Virus record (IMG/VR): IMGVR_UViG_3300029247_000012 | Location: 1-41,059 of that record | DNA length: 41,059 nt | Source of the DNA: a virus | Reading direction: 5' to 3' (one strand) | In this document: positions 15,568 to 22,851 of the stretch, one piece after another | How positions within the stretch are numbered: the stretch's first letter is position 1 | Layout of the letters: every line of letters begins with the position of its first letter | The notes under the pieces: generated by a model | Seen by the model: the letters and a program-made list of their open reading frames with translations, nothing else | Database searches by the model: none | Told to the model about the DNA's origin: nothing | Program-made: the position numbers and the translations under genes

Positions 15568-15596
15568 ATTATATCACCATAGGAGTCGAATGTCAA
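15568..15596 (-). promoter_or_regulatory. Consensus leftward promoter of the XRE-TM / lipoprotein / integrase operon
   Basis: On the minus strand: TTGACA (15596..15591), 17-bp spacer, and TGa extended -10 TATAAT (15573..15568). Confidence 0.75.
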
Positions 15597-15659
15597 GGTT
15601 TTTGCAGATTTTTATACATTTTACCGAAAAAAATATCAAAGAAAAGGAGATCACCAATT

Positions 15660-15761
15660 ATGGCAAACTTACTCGACGTCATCATCGCTCAACTCCGGAA
15701 AATGTCCCGGGATCAGCTGTATGAAATCTACATCTACATACGGAGAATGAAAATCAAATGA
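15660..15761 (+). CDS. 33-codon ORF (MANLLDVIIAQLRKMSRDQLYEIYIYIRRMKIK)
   Basis: AAAGGAG lies 9 nt upstream of the ATG. An amphipathic helical peptide is predicted, and a hairpin plus T-run follows. It is short, so the call is tentative. Confidence 0.45.
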   Translation: MANLLDVIIAQLRKMSRDQLYEIYIYIRRMKIK

Positions 15762-15765
15762 GAAA

Positions 15766-15798
15766 GGAGCGGTCTTTCGACCGCCCCTTCGCTTTTTT
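15766..15798. terminator. Terminator hairpin between the micro-ORF and the convergent XRE gene
   Basis: Stem GGAGCGGTC / GACCGCCCC (one mismatch), loop TTTC, T6 run at 15793..15798. Confidence 0.55.
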
Positions 15799-16222
15799 AC
15801 TCGTTGTCCCATCGAATCTTGTCTTCGGCTTTCTTAAACTCCCGGATCACCTCCCGGAGCTTCTTCCACCCGTCGTCGCTCAGCGCGGACAAGGTCAGGA
15901 TGAACTCCGACTTAAAGCCGTCCGATTCGTCAGCCAGCGCTTCGCTGACGAAACTCGCGATCTTCTCGCGCCGGGTCATCTTCCGGAACATCTCCCCCGC
16001 GCCGGTCTCGAGCCAGACGATGTCGACCCCGCAAATCTCCGCGATCTGCTCGATATAGCGCGGGTTCGGTTCGGTCAGGCTATACTCGATGTTTTTGATG
16101 GTGCCGATTCCGAGCTTGACTTTTTCCGCGAATTTTGCCTGCGATAAACCGAGCGTTTCACGCACTTGCTTCACGCGAGCATTGGTTTCCATGCCGGCTT
16201 CGGAAATGTTCGTCTCTCCCAT
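15797..16222 (-). CDS. XRE-family HTH repressor (CI-like), 141 aa
   Basis: HTH LSQAKFAEKVKLGIGTIKNIE. AAAGGAGGTG lies 6 nt before ATG 16222. The ATG at 16240 lies at or above the predicted transcription start and is rejected. No S24 peptidase-like C-terminal domain was recognised. Confidence 0.85.
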   Translation of the reverse strand: MGETNISEAGMETNARVKQVRETLGLSQAKFAEKVKLGIGTIKNIEYSLTEPNPRYIEQIAEICGVDIVWLETGAGEMFRKMTRREKIASFVSEALADESDGFKSEFILTLSALSDDGWKKLREVIREFKKAEDKIRWDNE

Positions 16223-16245
16223 TTGATCACCTCCTTTCATATACT

Positions 16246-16274
16246 ATTATACCACACTCGACCGGTATTGTCAA
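16246..16274 (-). promoter_or_regulatory. Consensus promoter of the repressor gene
   Basis: Minus strand: TTGACA (16274..16269), 17-bp spacer, and TGg extended -10 TATAAT (16251..16246). Confidence 0.75.
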
Positions 16275-16278
16275 TATC
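16264..16278. promoter_or_regulatory. Operator O1 (GGTATTGTCAATATC)
   Basis: Near-perfect 7-1-7 palindrome (consensus GGTATTG N CAATACC). It overlaps the -35 box of the repressor promoter. Confidence 0.65.
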
Positions 16279-16309
16279 AAAAATATAAATATTTTTTTGA
16301 AAAAAGGTC

Positions 16310-16338
16310 TTGACAAAACCAAGAAAGTATGGTATAAT
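16310..16338 (+). promoter_or_regulatory. Consensus early (lytic) promoter
   Basis: TTGACA (16310..16315), 17-bp spacer, and TGg extended -10 TATAAT (16333..16338). Confidence 0.8.
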
Positions 16339-16353
16339 AGTATCGTCAATACC
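16339..16353. promoter_or_regulatory. Operator O2 (AGTATCGTCAATACC)
   Basis: 12 of 15 positions match O1. It lies immediately downstream of the early -10 box, covering the predicted start site. Confidence 0.65.
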
Positions 16354-16370
16354 AGATGGGACGCAAGAAT

Positions 16371-16385
16371 GGTATTGATGGTACT
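16371..16385. promoter_or_regulatory. Operator O3 (GGTATTGATGGTACT), half-site quality
   Basis: The left half GGTATTG is perfect and the right half is degenerate. Confidence 0.45.
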
Positions 16386-16411
16386 AAGATAATATCAAGG
16401 AGACAACAAAA

Positions 16412-16762
16412 ATGACTGACATATTCACCAACCCCGAATTCACGATCGAAACCGTCGCTACCGGATCCTTCCTCGACTCCCCCGGCGGTCTCGAGAACAC
16501 GACCTACCGTGTCGAGACGCGAACCGTCCGCTTCAACCACATCGCGCTCGATGAGTGGTACGAAAGCCAGCCCACGAAGCTCTTCGAGGAGTTCGACACC
16601 GAGGACGAGCGGAGACGCGACCGCGCGGAAAGGGACGCCAAAAGAGAGCGCCTCACAGACAAAGTCCGCCGAGCGCTCGGGTTCGACGACAAAGGAAGCT
16701 TCGCTCTCGCCCACGTCGTCGGCGAAATCTTCACGGCAGTTTACGTCACTAAAGCAGAGTGA
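16412..16762 (+). CDS. First early protein, hypothetical (116 aa), no HTH evident
   Basis: AAGGAG RBS. First ORF downstream of the early promoter. Confidence 0.7.
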   Translation: MTDIFTNPEFTIETVATGSFLDSPGGLENTTYRVETRTVRFNHIALDEWYESQPTKLFEEFDTEDERRRDRAERDAKRERLTDKVRRALGFDDKGSFALAHVVGEIFTAVYVTKAE

Positions 16763-16846
16763 CGGAGACCACGGTCTCCGGTAATGCGGTCAGGCAGACG
16801 GTCACAAACCCCGACAGCCGCATAAAACCAGAAAGGAGAAACAAAA

Positions 16847-17023
16847 ATGGCAAACACAAACCTCGACAAGGAAACAAAATTCCTCGCCGAAATGATCCAG
16901 GAACTGAAGACCATCAAGAGCGAAACGGCGCGCCGCGATATCCTCAATATCGCGAAGGGCATCGTGATCGGCGAAACCCCAAGAAAGGAGACCGCAGAAA
17001 ATGACGCTCTCAGCTCTCAGTAA
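16847..17023 (+). CDS. Small hypothetical protein (58 aa)
   Basis: AAAGGAGAA lies 7 nt before ATG 16847. Below the ORF-track cut-off, so translated by hand. Confidence 0.5.
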   Translation: MANTNLDKETKFLAEMIQELKTIKSETARRDILNIAKGIVIGETPRKETAENDALSSQ

Positions 17024-17153
17024 AGAAGACCGCGAGCTGCTCGCAAGGGCAACGCTCGACGCCGTAAGGCGGCACATCGAAAAACAAAAACAGGAGGAGA
17101 CCAAAAATGACAACACAAACCACGGACAACAAAGATCGGCTCGCAACGATTAA
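17001..17153 (+). CDS. Small hypothetical protein (50 aa), overlaps both neighbours
   Basis: AAAGGAG lies 10 nt before ATG 17001. The 47-nt overlap with the next gene makes it uncertain. Confidence 0.35.
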   Translation: MTLSALSKEDRELLARATLDAVRRHIEKQKQEETKNDNTNHGQQRSARND

Positions 17154-17412
17154 AAGCGCACAGAACGCGCTGGTATACGACCTCATCATGCAGGCGCTCA
17201 GAGCCGCGACAGCATCAAAAGCCCATCTCAGCGTCTGGGCGGACAAAGACGGCGACCTGATGGTCAACGCCGATAACAAGCGCAAAAGGTCATATGTCCG
17301 GTTCGGCGACGACATCAAAAACGAGGACATCGACGACCTTATGGGCATCGTCGAGTGGCTACTGAACGGAGCGCCGGAGGAAAAAGACGAGGAGGAAACA
17401 GACGATGAGTGA
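17107..17412 (+). CDS. Hypothetical protein (101 aa)
   Basis: CAGGAGGAG RBS. Confidence 0.65.
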   Translation: MTTQTTDNKDRLATIKSAQNALVYDLIMQALRAATASKAHLSVWADKDGDLMVNADNKRKRSYVRFGDDIKNEDIDDLMGIVEWLLNGAPEEKDEEETDDE

Positions 17413-17665
17413 AGTCACCTACGAAAAAATGCTCGAGGTCCAGACCGACATCATCCGCCGGCAGGATCGCAAAATCGACGAGCTGACCGCGGCAAAAAAA
17501 GCCCTCGAGGTCACCGCGCAGACCCTCGCCGAAGCCCTCGTCCGGGAGCTCGACCGCGAAGGACGCGACCGGGCTTTCGTCCCGGCAAAGGAAATCAACC
17601 GCGAAGACGTCCGTTTCCGCGTCGAACAGACCATCGGCGGCGACATCCTGCTCGTCAGGATATGA
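17405..17665 (+). CDS. Hypothetical coiled-coil protein (86 aa)
   Basis: Overlapping start, with a heptad-like sequence. Confidence 0.6.
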   Translation: MSEVTYEKMLEVQTDIIRRQDRKIDELTAAKKALEVTAQTLAEALVRELDREGRDRAFVPAKEINREDVRFRVEQTIGGDILLVRI

Positions 17666-17760
17666 AAAGGTCCGCCCGGAACTGCAACTTCCGCGCGGAC
17701 CTCAAAAAAAGGAGACCTTTATGACACCAACATTATACCACAGAAAAGGAGATTTGTCAA

Positions 17761-18348
17761 GTGTTACTGCAAAAAGCAAAGCGAATCTGTAAAGCCGGAA
17801 CGACGGTCATCGTCAACCGGCTGAACGGCGACCAGTGGCTCGGAACCACCGGAGCTATTTACCCCGTCTTCGGCGGAATCGACCTCACCGAATCATCGGT
17901 CCGCACACTCTTCGACGTCCGGTCGGACGACGAGAGCTTCGCCGTCCGCACCCTCTCAGAGGAGGTTTTCACCGATCGCGGCTACTCCCTCAAGGACGTC
18001 GCCGACGAGGAGCACGCGCTCACGACCACATCATGGACGCTTGAGTACAGGGGGCGGAGCTTCATCCCCCTGACCGCCATGTCGGACACCTCGACCATAG
18101 CTTTCATCGACGCCGACCACCTCGCGCCGCTCAAAGACTGTGATGCGCTGTCGCTCTGGCTCCGGTTCGCGAACAACGGCACATACGTCGTCGCGAAAAG
18201 CGGATTCTTCGTCGTCGCTCTGATCTCGGTCGAAAAAATTCCGGACGTCGCGCGGCTATCCCTCGCGATGATCGCGTCGAACGCCGACAGCGTCGGCAAC
18301 GACAAATACAAAAAAGCGGAGCTTGTCCCGCTGGAGGAGATCAAATGA
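17761..18348 (+). CDS. Hypothetical protein (195 aa)
   Basis: GTG start lies 9 nt after AAAGGAG. Confidence 0.65.
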   Translation: MLLQKAKRICKAGTTVIVNRLNGDQWLGTTGAIYPVFGGIDLTESSVRTLFDVRSDDESFAVRTLSEEVFTDRGYSLKDVADEEHALTTTSWTLEYRGRSFIPLTAMSDTSTIAFIDADHLAPLKDCDALSLWLRFANNGTYVVAKSGFFVVALISVEKIPDVARLSLAMIASNADSVGNDKYKKAELVPLEEIK

Positions 18349-18551
18349 ACGACCTCAGAGATCATCCGGACATCGAACGGACAGAGCGGACAGGGTACGC
18401 CGAAGAGCCGGAGCCGCCGCTCCGGTGCCCTGGATGCGGCGAGGAGCTCTCGGTTTTCGACACGGTTTACGTCAATCGCAAAACCGCCGAAATCATCGGC
18501 TGCCGCCACTGCATGATGGCGGTTGAGGCAGGAGCGGTGGAAATGAGATGA
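18345..18551 (+). CDS. Small zinc-ribbon protein (68 aa)
   Basis: CPGCG...CRHC motif pair. The ATGA start overlaps the upstream stop. Confidence 0.6.
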   Translation: MNDLRDHPDIERTERTGYAEEPEPPLRCPGCGEELSVFDTVYVNRKTAEIIGCRHCMMAVEAGAVEMR

Positions 18552-19156
18552 ACACTTACATATCCACCGTCGGCATGAGCCGCGCCGACTGGCTCAAAGC
18601 CAGACAGTCAGGCATCGGAGGAAGCGATTCCCCCGCCCTCGTCCTCCCGCGCGAGGTCTACAGCTGGTCGCGCCCGAAGGACATCTATAAATCAAAGGTC
18701 AGCGAGCCGGACGAAACGTCCCCGCTCGCCTGCCGAGTCGGAAGCTTCCTCGAGCCCTTCGTCGCCGATCTCTTCACCGAGGCGACCGGGCTCCGGGTCC
18801 ACCGGCTCAACAAAATCATCGTCTCCGGCGAAAATCCGTTTATGTTCGCCAACATCGACCGGAAGCTCTACGGCGTTGACTACGGGCTCGAGATAAAAAC
18901 GACGACCGTGTACAACGACCGCAAATTCACCGAGGACGAATACCCCGCCAACTACTACGTACAAATGCAGCACTACATGGCGGTGACGGGGTGGAAAAAA
19001 TGGTATCTTGCCGCGCTGATCGGAAATCAGAAATTCGTCTGGTACGAAGTGCCACGAAACGACGAAGATATCGCCGAAATCATCGCGACCGAGAAAAAAT
19101 TCTGGAACGACGTCGTCGTCCCAAGAAACACGGAGGAACTTGAAAGATGGGGATGA
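18548..19156 (+). CDS. YqaJ-like recombination exonuclease (lambda Exo / PD-(D/E)XK fold)
   Basis: Motifs W...R..GIGGSDSPALV, ANIDR and LEIKTT are typical of YqaJ viral recombinase-type exonucleases. Confidence 0.85.
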   Translation: MNTYISTVGMSRADWLKARQSGIGGSDSPALVLPREVYSWSRPKDIYKSKVSEPDETSPLACRVGSFLEPFVADLFTEATGLRVHRLNKIIVSGENPFMFANIDRKLYGVDYGLEIKTTTVYNDRKFTEDEYPANYYVQMQHYMAVTGWKKWYLAALIGNQKFVWYEVPRNDEDIAEIIATEKKFWNDVVVPRNTEELERWG

Positions 19157-19914
19157 GTTTACAACTCTTCAAAAATCCCGAACCCGTCGCCGAGCTGAAT
19201 TTCGACCTCGAGTCCATCAAACGGGACTACGCCGAAATCGCCGCCGCTCAGAGCGAGGTCGGAGGAATCGCGACATTCCGCGCGAAAGTCGCGACCGGCG
19301 GCGGAAAGAACTTTGAAATCGACACCGGCGACGAGGACACCAGCACGAGCGTCCCGAACTTCTCGGGCGTCATCGTCTACAACCACAACTGCAACGCCTA
19401 CTTCGACGAGGATTCGAGCGGCAACACTCCGCCGGTCTGCTCATCGATGGACGCTGTTACCGGCGTCGACACGATATCCGGAGAATGCGCCTTCTGCGAG
19501 CAGTGCCCGCGAAACGTCTTCGGGTCCTCGAGCAAAGGACCCGGTAAGGCTTGCAAAAATATGCACCGGCTCTACATCATGGTCGAGGGCTCGGCAATCC
19601 CGCTGATACTCTCGCTCCCGCCGACTTCACTCAAAGCCTTCCGCAACTACCGCTTATCGACGCTCGCGTCGAAGCATCTCAAACCCTGCGAGGTGGTCAC
19701 CGAATTCTCACTCACGCCGCAGATGTCGCAGAGCGGGCAGAAGTACTCCGCCGTGAAATTCAAGCTTCTCGGAAAGCTCGCCCCCGCCGACGCACAAGTC
19801 GCCCGGTACTTTAACGAGCAGATGAAGAACGCCGCCGGAAAGGCGCCGGAAATCACCGCCGAGGACTACGACCGCGGCGGAGCGGAGACAGGCCATGACG
19901 CTGTGGAGGAATGA
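19147..19914 (+). CDS. Cys-cluster protein in the position of the single-strand annealing partner (255 aa), function unassigned
   Basis: Sits directly after the exonuclease. It carries CAFCEQC and GKACKN. It does not look like RecT, Erf or Rad52 types by eye. Confidence 0.6.
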   Translation: MGMSLQLFKNPEPVAELNFDLESIKRDYAEIAAAQSEVGGIATFRAKVATGGGKNFEIDTGDEDTSTSVPNFSGVIVYNHNCNAYFDEDSSGNTPPVCSSMDAVTGVDTISGECAFCEQCPRNVFGSSSKGPGKACKNMHRLYIMVEGSAIPLILSLPPTSLKAFRNYRLSTLASKHLKPCEVVTEFSLTPQMSQSGQKYSAVKFKLLGKLAPADAQVARYFNEQMKNAAGKAPEITAEDYDRGGAETGHDAVEE

Positions 19915-20245
19915 GTCTCAGCTGCTGAACGCCATCATCCGGATCCTTTATCCGCACTGCGTTCTCCATCGGGTCAACGTCGGGCGCGTCCGGACCCCGG
20001 ACGGAAGATACTTCTCAACCGGCGTCCCCGCAGGCTACCCGGACCTCTCCGGATACCGGAAGAGCGACGGAAAAGCCGTCTACATCGAATGCAAGGTCAA
20101 GCCCAACAAGCCGACGCCGAAGCAAATAGATTTTATCACCAAAGCACAAGCCGCCGGATGTCTGGCTGCTGTGTGCTACAGCCCGGAGGAAGCACTCCGA
20201 CTGGTCATCCCTGTCGCCGAGGGTATCGACGAGAAAGATTTTTGA
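19895..20245 (+). CDS. VRR-NUC domain nuclease (116 aa)
   Basis: GYPDLSGY...AVYIECKVK...PKQIDFI matches the D...E.K core and Q motif of VRR-NUC proteins. Confidence 0.8.
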   Translation: MTLWRNESQLLNAIIRILYPHCVLHRVNVGRVRTPDGRYFSTGVPAGYPDLSGYRKSDGKAVYIECKVKPNKPTPKQIDFITKAQAAGCLAAVCYSPEEALRLVIPVAEGIDEKDF

Positions 20246-20253
20246 GGTGAGAG

Positions 20254-21273
20254 ATGGCAAGACCCGCACGAAAAGGGCTTGCGTACTTTCCGAAAGATGT
20301 TGACTTTTATCAGGACGAGAAGATCGTGGACCTTGCCTTAAAGTACGGTCCGCTCGGTCTCACGGTCTTCGACGTCCTGCTAACACTCGTCTACCGCGAG
20401 GGCTACTATCTGGAGCTGCCGCTGTCTAAAGTCGGACAGTTAATCGTCCGCACAGTCGGTGAAAGTTGGTTTAGGAAAACGGGGATGAGTGCCACGGACC
20501 TTAGTGTTGAGGTTATTCTTTACTGCGCCGAGATCGGGTTAATCAATGCACCCCTCGTGAGGCAGAACGTTATAACCTCCGTCGCAATCCAGACACGGTA
20601 TGCCGCCGTCACACGGAGGAATAAGGTCAATTTAACAAAGTACTGGCTTCTCGACAACCGTAGAGTCGATGAGGCTTTGGAAAGTGCGCCCAAAAACGGA
20701 GTTTCTGTTACAGAAACCCGAGTTTCTGACGCAGAAACCCCCGTTTCTGTCGCAGAAATGCCACAAAGTAAAGTAAATAAAAGAAAAGAGAATGTATCTA
20801 CAGTCTCTGCGGGAGTTTCTGTTACAGAAACCCCTGAATTATCCACAGAATCCACAGTTCCCACAGGGACGGACGACGCGGACGGAAAAGTCGGATACAT
20901 TATCGAGGAATACCGACGACTCCTTCCGTCACTCCCCCCTCCCGAAAAGGACGCAAAGCTCATGGTCAATCTCTTCAAAGTCGACCGACCGCTCGCGGAC
21001 TACACGGCAGTCTTCGAGAGGGCAGCATCGAGCCGCTTCCTCAGCGAGCCGAAAAGCGGATGGCGATGCACCATCGGCTGGCTCACCGATCCGGTCAACA
21101 TGGACAAGGTCCTCGCCGGGAAGTATGACGACTACCAAAAAGCGCGGAGCCGGAAAAACAATCCGCCGACCATCGGAGACGATAACAGCGGCTTCGACAC
21201 CGAGGAGTTCTTCCAGGCGGCTCTCCGGCGCGGTATGAAAGGCATGAAAAATGGCGAATCTGAATCTCAATAA
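20254..21273 (+). CDS. Replisome organizer / replication initiator (DUF4373-type N-domain, DnaD-like C-terminus)
   Basis: The N-terminus GLAYFPKDVDFYQDEKIVDL...YGPLGLTVFDVLLTLVYREGYY is typical of the Lin1244/DUF4373 phage replisome organizer N-domain. The gene contains iterons internally. Confidence 0.8.
   Translation: MARPARKGLAYFPKDVDFYQDEKIVDLALKYGPLGLTVFDVLLTLVYREGYYLELPLSKVGQLIVRTVGESWFRKTGMSATDLSVEVILYCAEIGLINAPLVRQNVITSVAIQTRYAAVTRRNKVNLTKYWLLDNRRVDEALESAPKNGVSVTETRVSDAETPVSVAEMPQSKVNKRKENVSTVSAGVSVTETPELSTESTVPTGTDDADGKVGYIIEEYRRLLPSLPPPEKDAKLMVNLFKVDRPLADYTAVFERAASSRFLSEPKSGWRCTIGWLTDPVNMDKVLAGKYDDYQKARSRKNNPPTIGDDNSGFDTEEFFQAALRRGMKGMKNGESESQ
20701..20831. repeat. Putative origin of replication: four 17-bp palindromic iterons plus an A/T-rich block inside the initiator gene
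   Basis: GTTTCTG NNN CAGAAA(C/T) occurs at 20701, 20722 and 20743 (21-bp phasing) and at 20815. The A-rich stretch 20761..20803 lies between them. Confidence 0.75.
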
Positions 21274-21685
21274 AGTCATCCTCGGTGGCAGGCTCACCGC
21301 CGCCCCCGAACTCAAGCAGACAGCGAGCGGAACTTCCGTCATGTCATTCACCGTCGCGGTCGGCAGAAAGTACGCCGCGAAGACGGACGGAGCGCCGCAA
21401 ACGCCGCAGTCAGACTTCGTGAACTGCGTCGCGTGGAGGTCAACGGCTGAGTTCATCAGCAAATACTTCCACAAAGGCTCGAGCATCTGCGTCATAGGCC
21501 GCATCCAGACGCGGAGCTTCACCGACAGCGCCGGGAACAAAAGATACGTCACCGAGGTCGTCGCCGACGAGGTGAACTTCGTCGATTCAAAAGGCGACAA
21601 AGCAGGAGACACAACCGCCGGCGCTCCGAGCATGAGCGCGCCGGAATTTGAAGTCCTCAGCGATGAAGAAGAGCTGCCGTTTTAA
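21251..21685 (+). CDS. ssb: Single-stranded DNA-binding protein
   Basis: OB-fold SSB motifs (NKVILGGRLT, FVNCVAWR, GRIQTRSF) and the acidic C-terminal tip DEEELPF. Confidence 0.92.
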   Translation: MANLNLNKVILGGRLTAAPELKQTASGTSVMSFTVAVGRKYAAKTDGAPQTPQSDFVNCVAWRSTAEFISKYFHKGSSICVIGRIQTRSFTDSAGNKRYVTEVVADEVNFVDSKGDKAGDTTAGAPSMSAPEFEVLSDEEELPF

Positions 21686-21703
21686 GGCTGAAAGGAGACC
21701 GAT

Positions 21704-22051
21704 ATGAACAAAGAAATCAAAACAGAAAACGCCGCCAGCACCATAGGAGAGTTTGTCACGGCGCAGACCGATCAGCTCGTGGAGCTCATAGGCACTGACG
21801 TCGATATGATGCTCGGGTGGCTTGTCCACCGCGCCGGGAATATGGAGCTGATTGACAGCCGCGAGCTCGACAATCTGCTGATGACCATCGACAATCACCG
21901 CATCACGCTCGAGTTTACGGACAACTGCGCCGATGTTGTCGCCGACGAGGTGGAAATCAACGTCGAGAACTTGCAGAAAGCCGTTCGCCGTATCGTCGCG
22001 CACGACTACGAAAGTGTGTGGACGACAAAGCCGAAAGGAGACCGGGCATGA
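21704..22051 (+). CDS. Hypothetical protein (115 aa)
   Basis: AAAGGAGA RBS. Confidence 0.65.
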   Translation: MNKEIKTENAASTIGEFVTAQTDQLVELIGTDVDMMLGWLVHRAGNMELIDSRELDNLLMTIDNHRITLEFTDNCADVVADEVEINVENLQKAVRRIVAHDYESVWTTKPKGDRA

Positions 22052-22344
22052 ACAAAAGGCAAAAGAAGAAATACAACGATCTCGTTTGCTCACTCGTAGC
22101 ACAGGTCAGCGTTTTCACTCAGGATGGAAGATGCTACACCGACCTCTATCCCGAGGCAATCCGACTGAACGCCAAAACGTTCCGCCGGTGCTGGAACTGG
22201 ATAGTGAAGAACGATATTTTCTCCACGAATGGGTGCTCGCCACGGGGTCTGAATCCGGATTTTTGGTACAACATAACGATTCTGCACCGCAGCGGTGAAA
22301 GACCCTGCGCCTACTGGGTACCGTGGAGGGAGAAGAACGCATGA
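22048..22344 (+). CDS. Hypothetical protein (98 aa)
   Basis: The ATGA start overlaps the upstream stop, with GGAGA 6 nt upstream of the ATG. Confidence 0.6.
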   Translation: MNKRQKKKYNDLVCSLVAQVSVFTQDGRCYTDLYPEAIRLNAKTFRRCWNWIVKNDIFSTNGCSPRGLNPDFWYNITILHRSGERPCAYWVPWREKNA

Positions 22345-22559
22345 AGAAAGCCGATTTCGTCCACTCCCGCCTGTCCCCGCTGCTTCGCGCGCTGGACGAC
22401 GATATCCTCGCGGTCTCATACGGCAAGGTGGGCACAAAGGAGCACGTTTACATCATCTTCGGCGGCGGATACCTCGCCATTGACGTCTCCGGCCTCGACA
22501 ACGCCGGAATCACCGAACTTGTAGTCAGGAGGTTGATCAGAAATGGGCAGACACGCTAA
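22341..22559 (+). CDS. Hypothetical protein (72 aa)
   Basis: The ATGA start overlaps the upstream stop, with GGAGGGAG upstream. Confidence 0.55.
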   Translation: MKKADFVHSRLSPLLRALDDDILAVSYGKVGTKEHVYIIFGGGYLAIDVSGLDNAGITELVVRRLIRNGQTR

Positions 22560-22851
22560 GTGGACACCAGACAAAATCGACGAGATCGTCGAGCGGCTGA
22601 AAAAAGGCGAAAGGTACAGCGACATCGCCGCCGATTACGGCGTGACCGTCAAATCGCTGTACGGCGCCACACGCAGATACCCTCGCGCGTCGATAATCGT
22701 CAGGGACACCCGGGTCCTCACGATGGCTGAAAGATGGAAGCAGGGCGTCCGCGTCAAGCAAATTGCCGAAGAGTTTCACATCAAGCCCGCGACCGTCTAC
22801 GCCACGGCAAGCGCCTTTCGCGACATCTTTCCGAGGAGGTGCAAAAAATGA
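22543..22851 (+). CDS. DNA-binding protein with two Myb/SANT-like HTH repeats (102 aa)
   Basis: Two ~45-aa modules. The second ends in FPRR, as do the modules in the next gene. Confidence 0.6.
   Translation: MGRHAKWTPDKIDEIVERLKKGERYSDIAADYGVTVKSLYGATRRYPRASIIVRDTRVLTMAERWKQGVRVKQIAEEFHIKPATVYATASAFRDIFPRRCKK

Noticed and set aside
15336-15761. 141-aa + strand ORF spanning the switch region
   Set aside because: Most of it overlaps the start of the XRE-TM gene and both promoters, and it has no RBS. Only the last 33 codons (15660..15761) have a proper RBS and are kept as tentative.
17669-17701. Strong hairpin (GGTCCGC..CGGAA loop TTCCG..GCGGACC) considered as a terminator after 17405..17665
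   Set aside because: On the + strand it is followed by an A-run rather than a T-run, so it is not a convincing intrinsic terminator. It may be an RNA stability element. It is not annotated as a feature.
20701-20831. Possible CRISPR-like array because of the regularly spaced palindromic repeats
   Set aside because: There are only four 17-bp repeats with 4-bp spacers between the first three. They lie inside a coding gene with no cas genes. The pattern fits replication-origin iterons instead.
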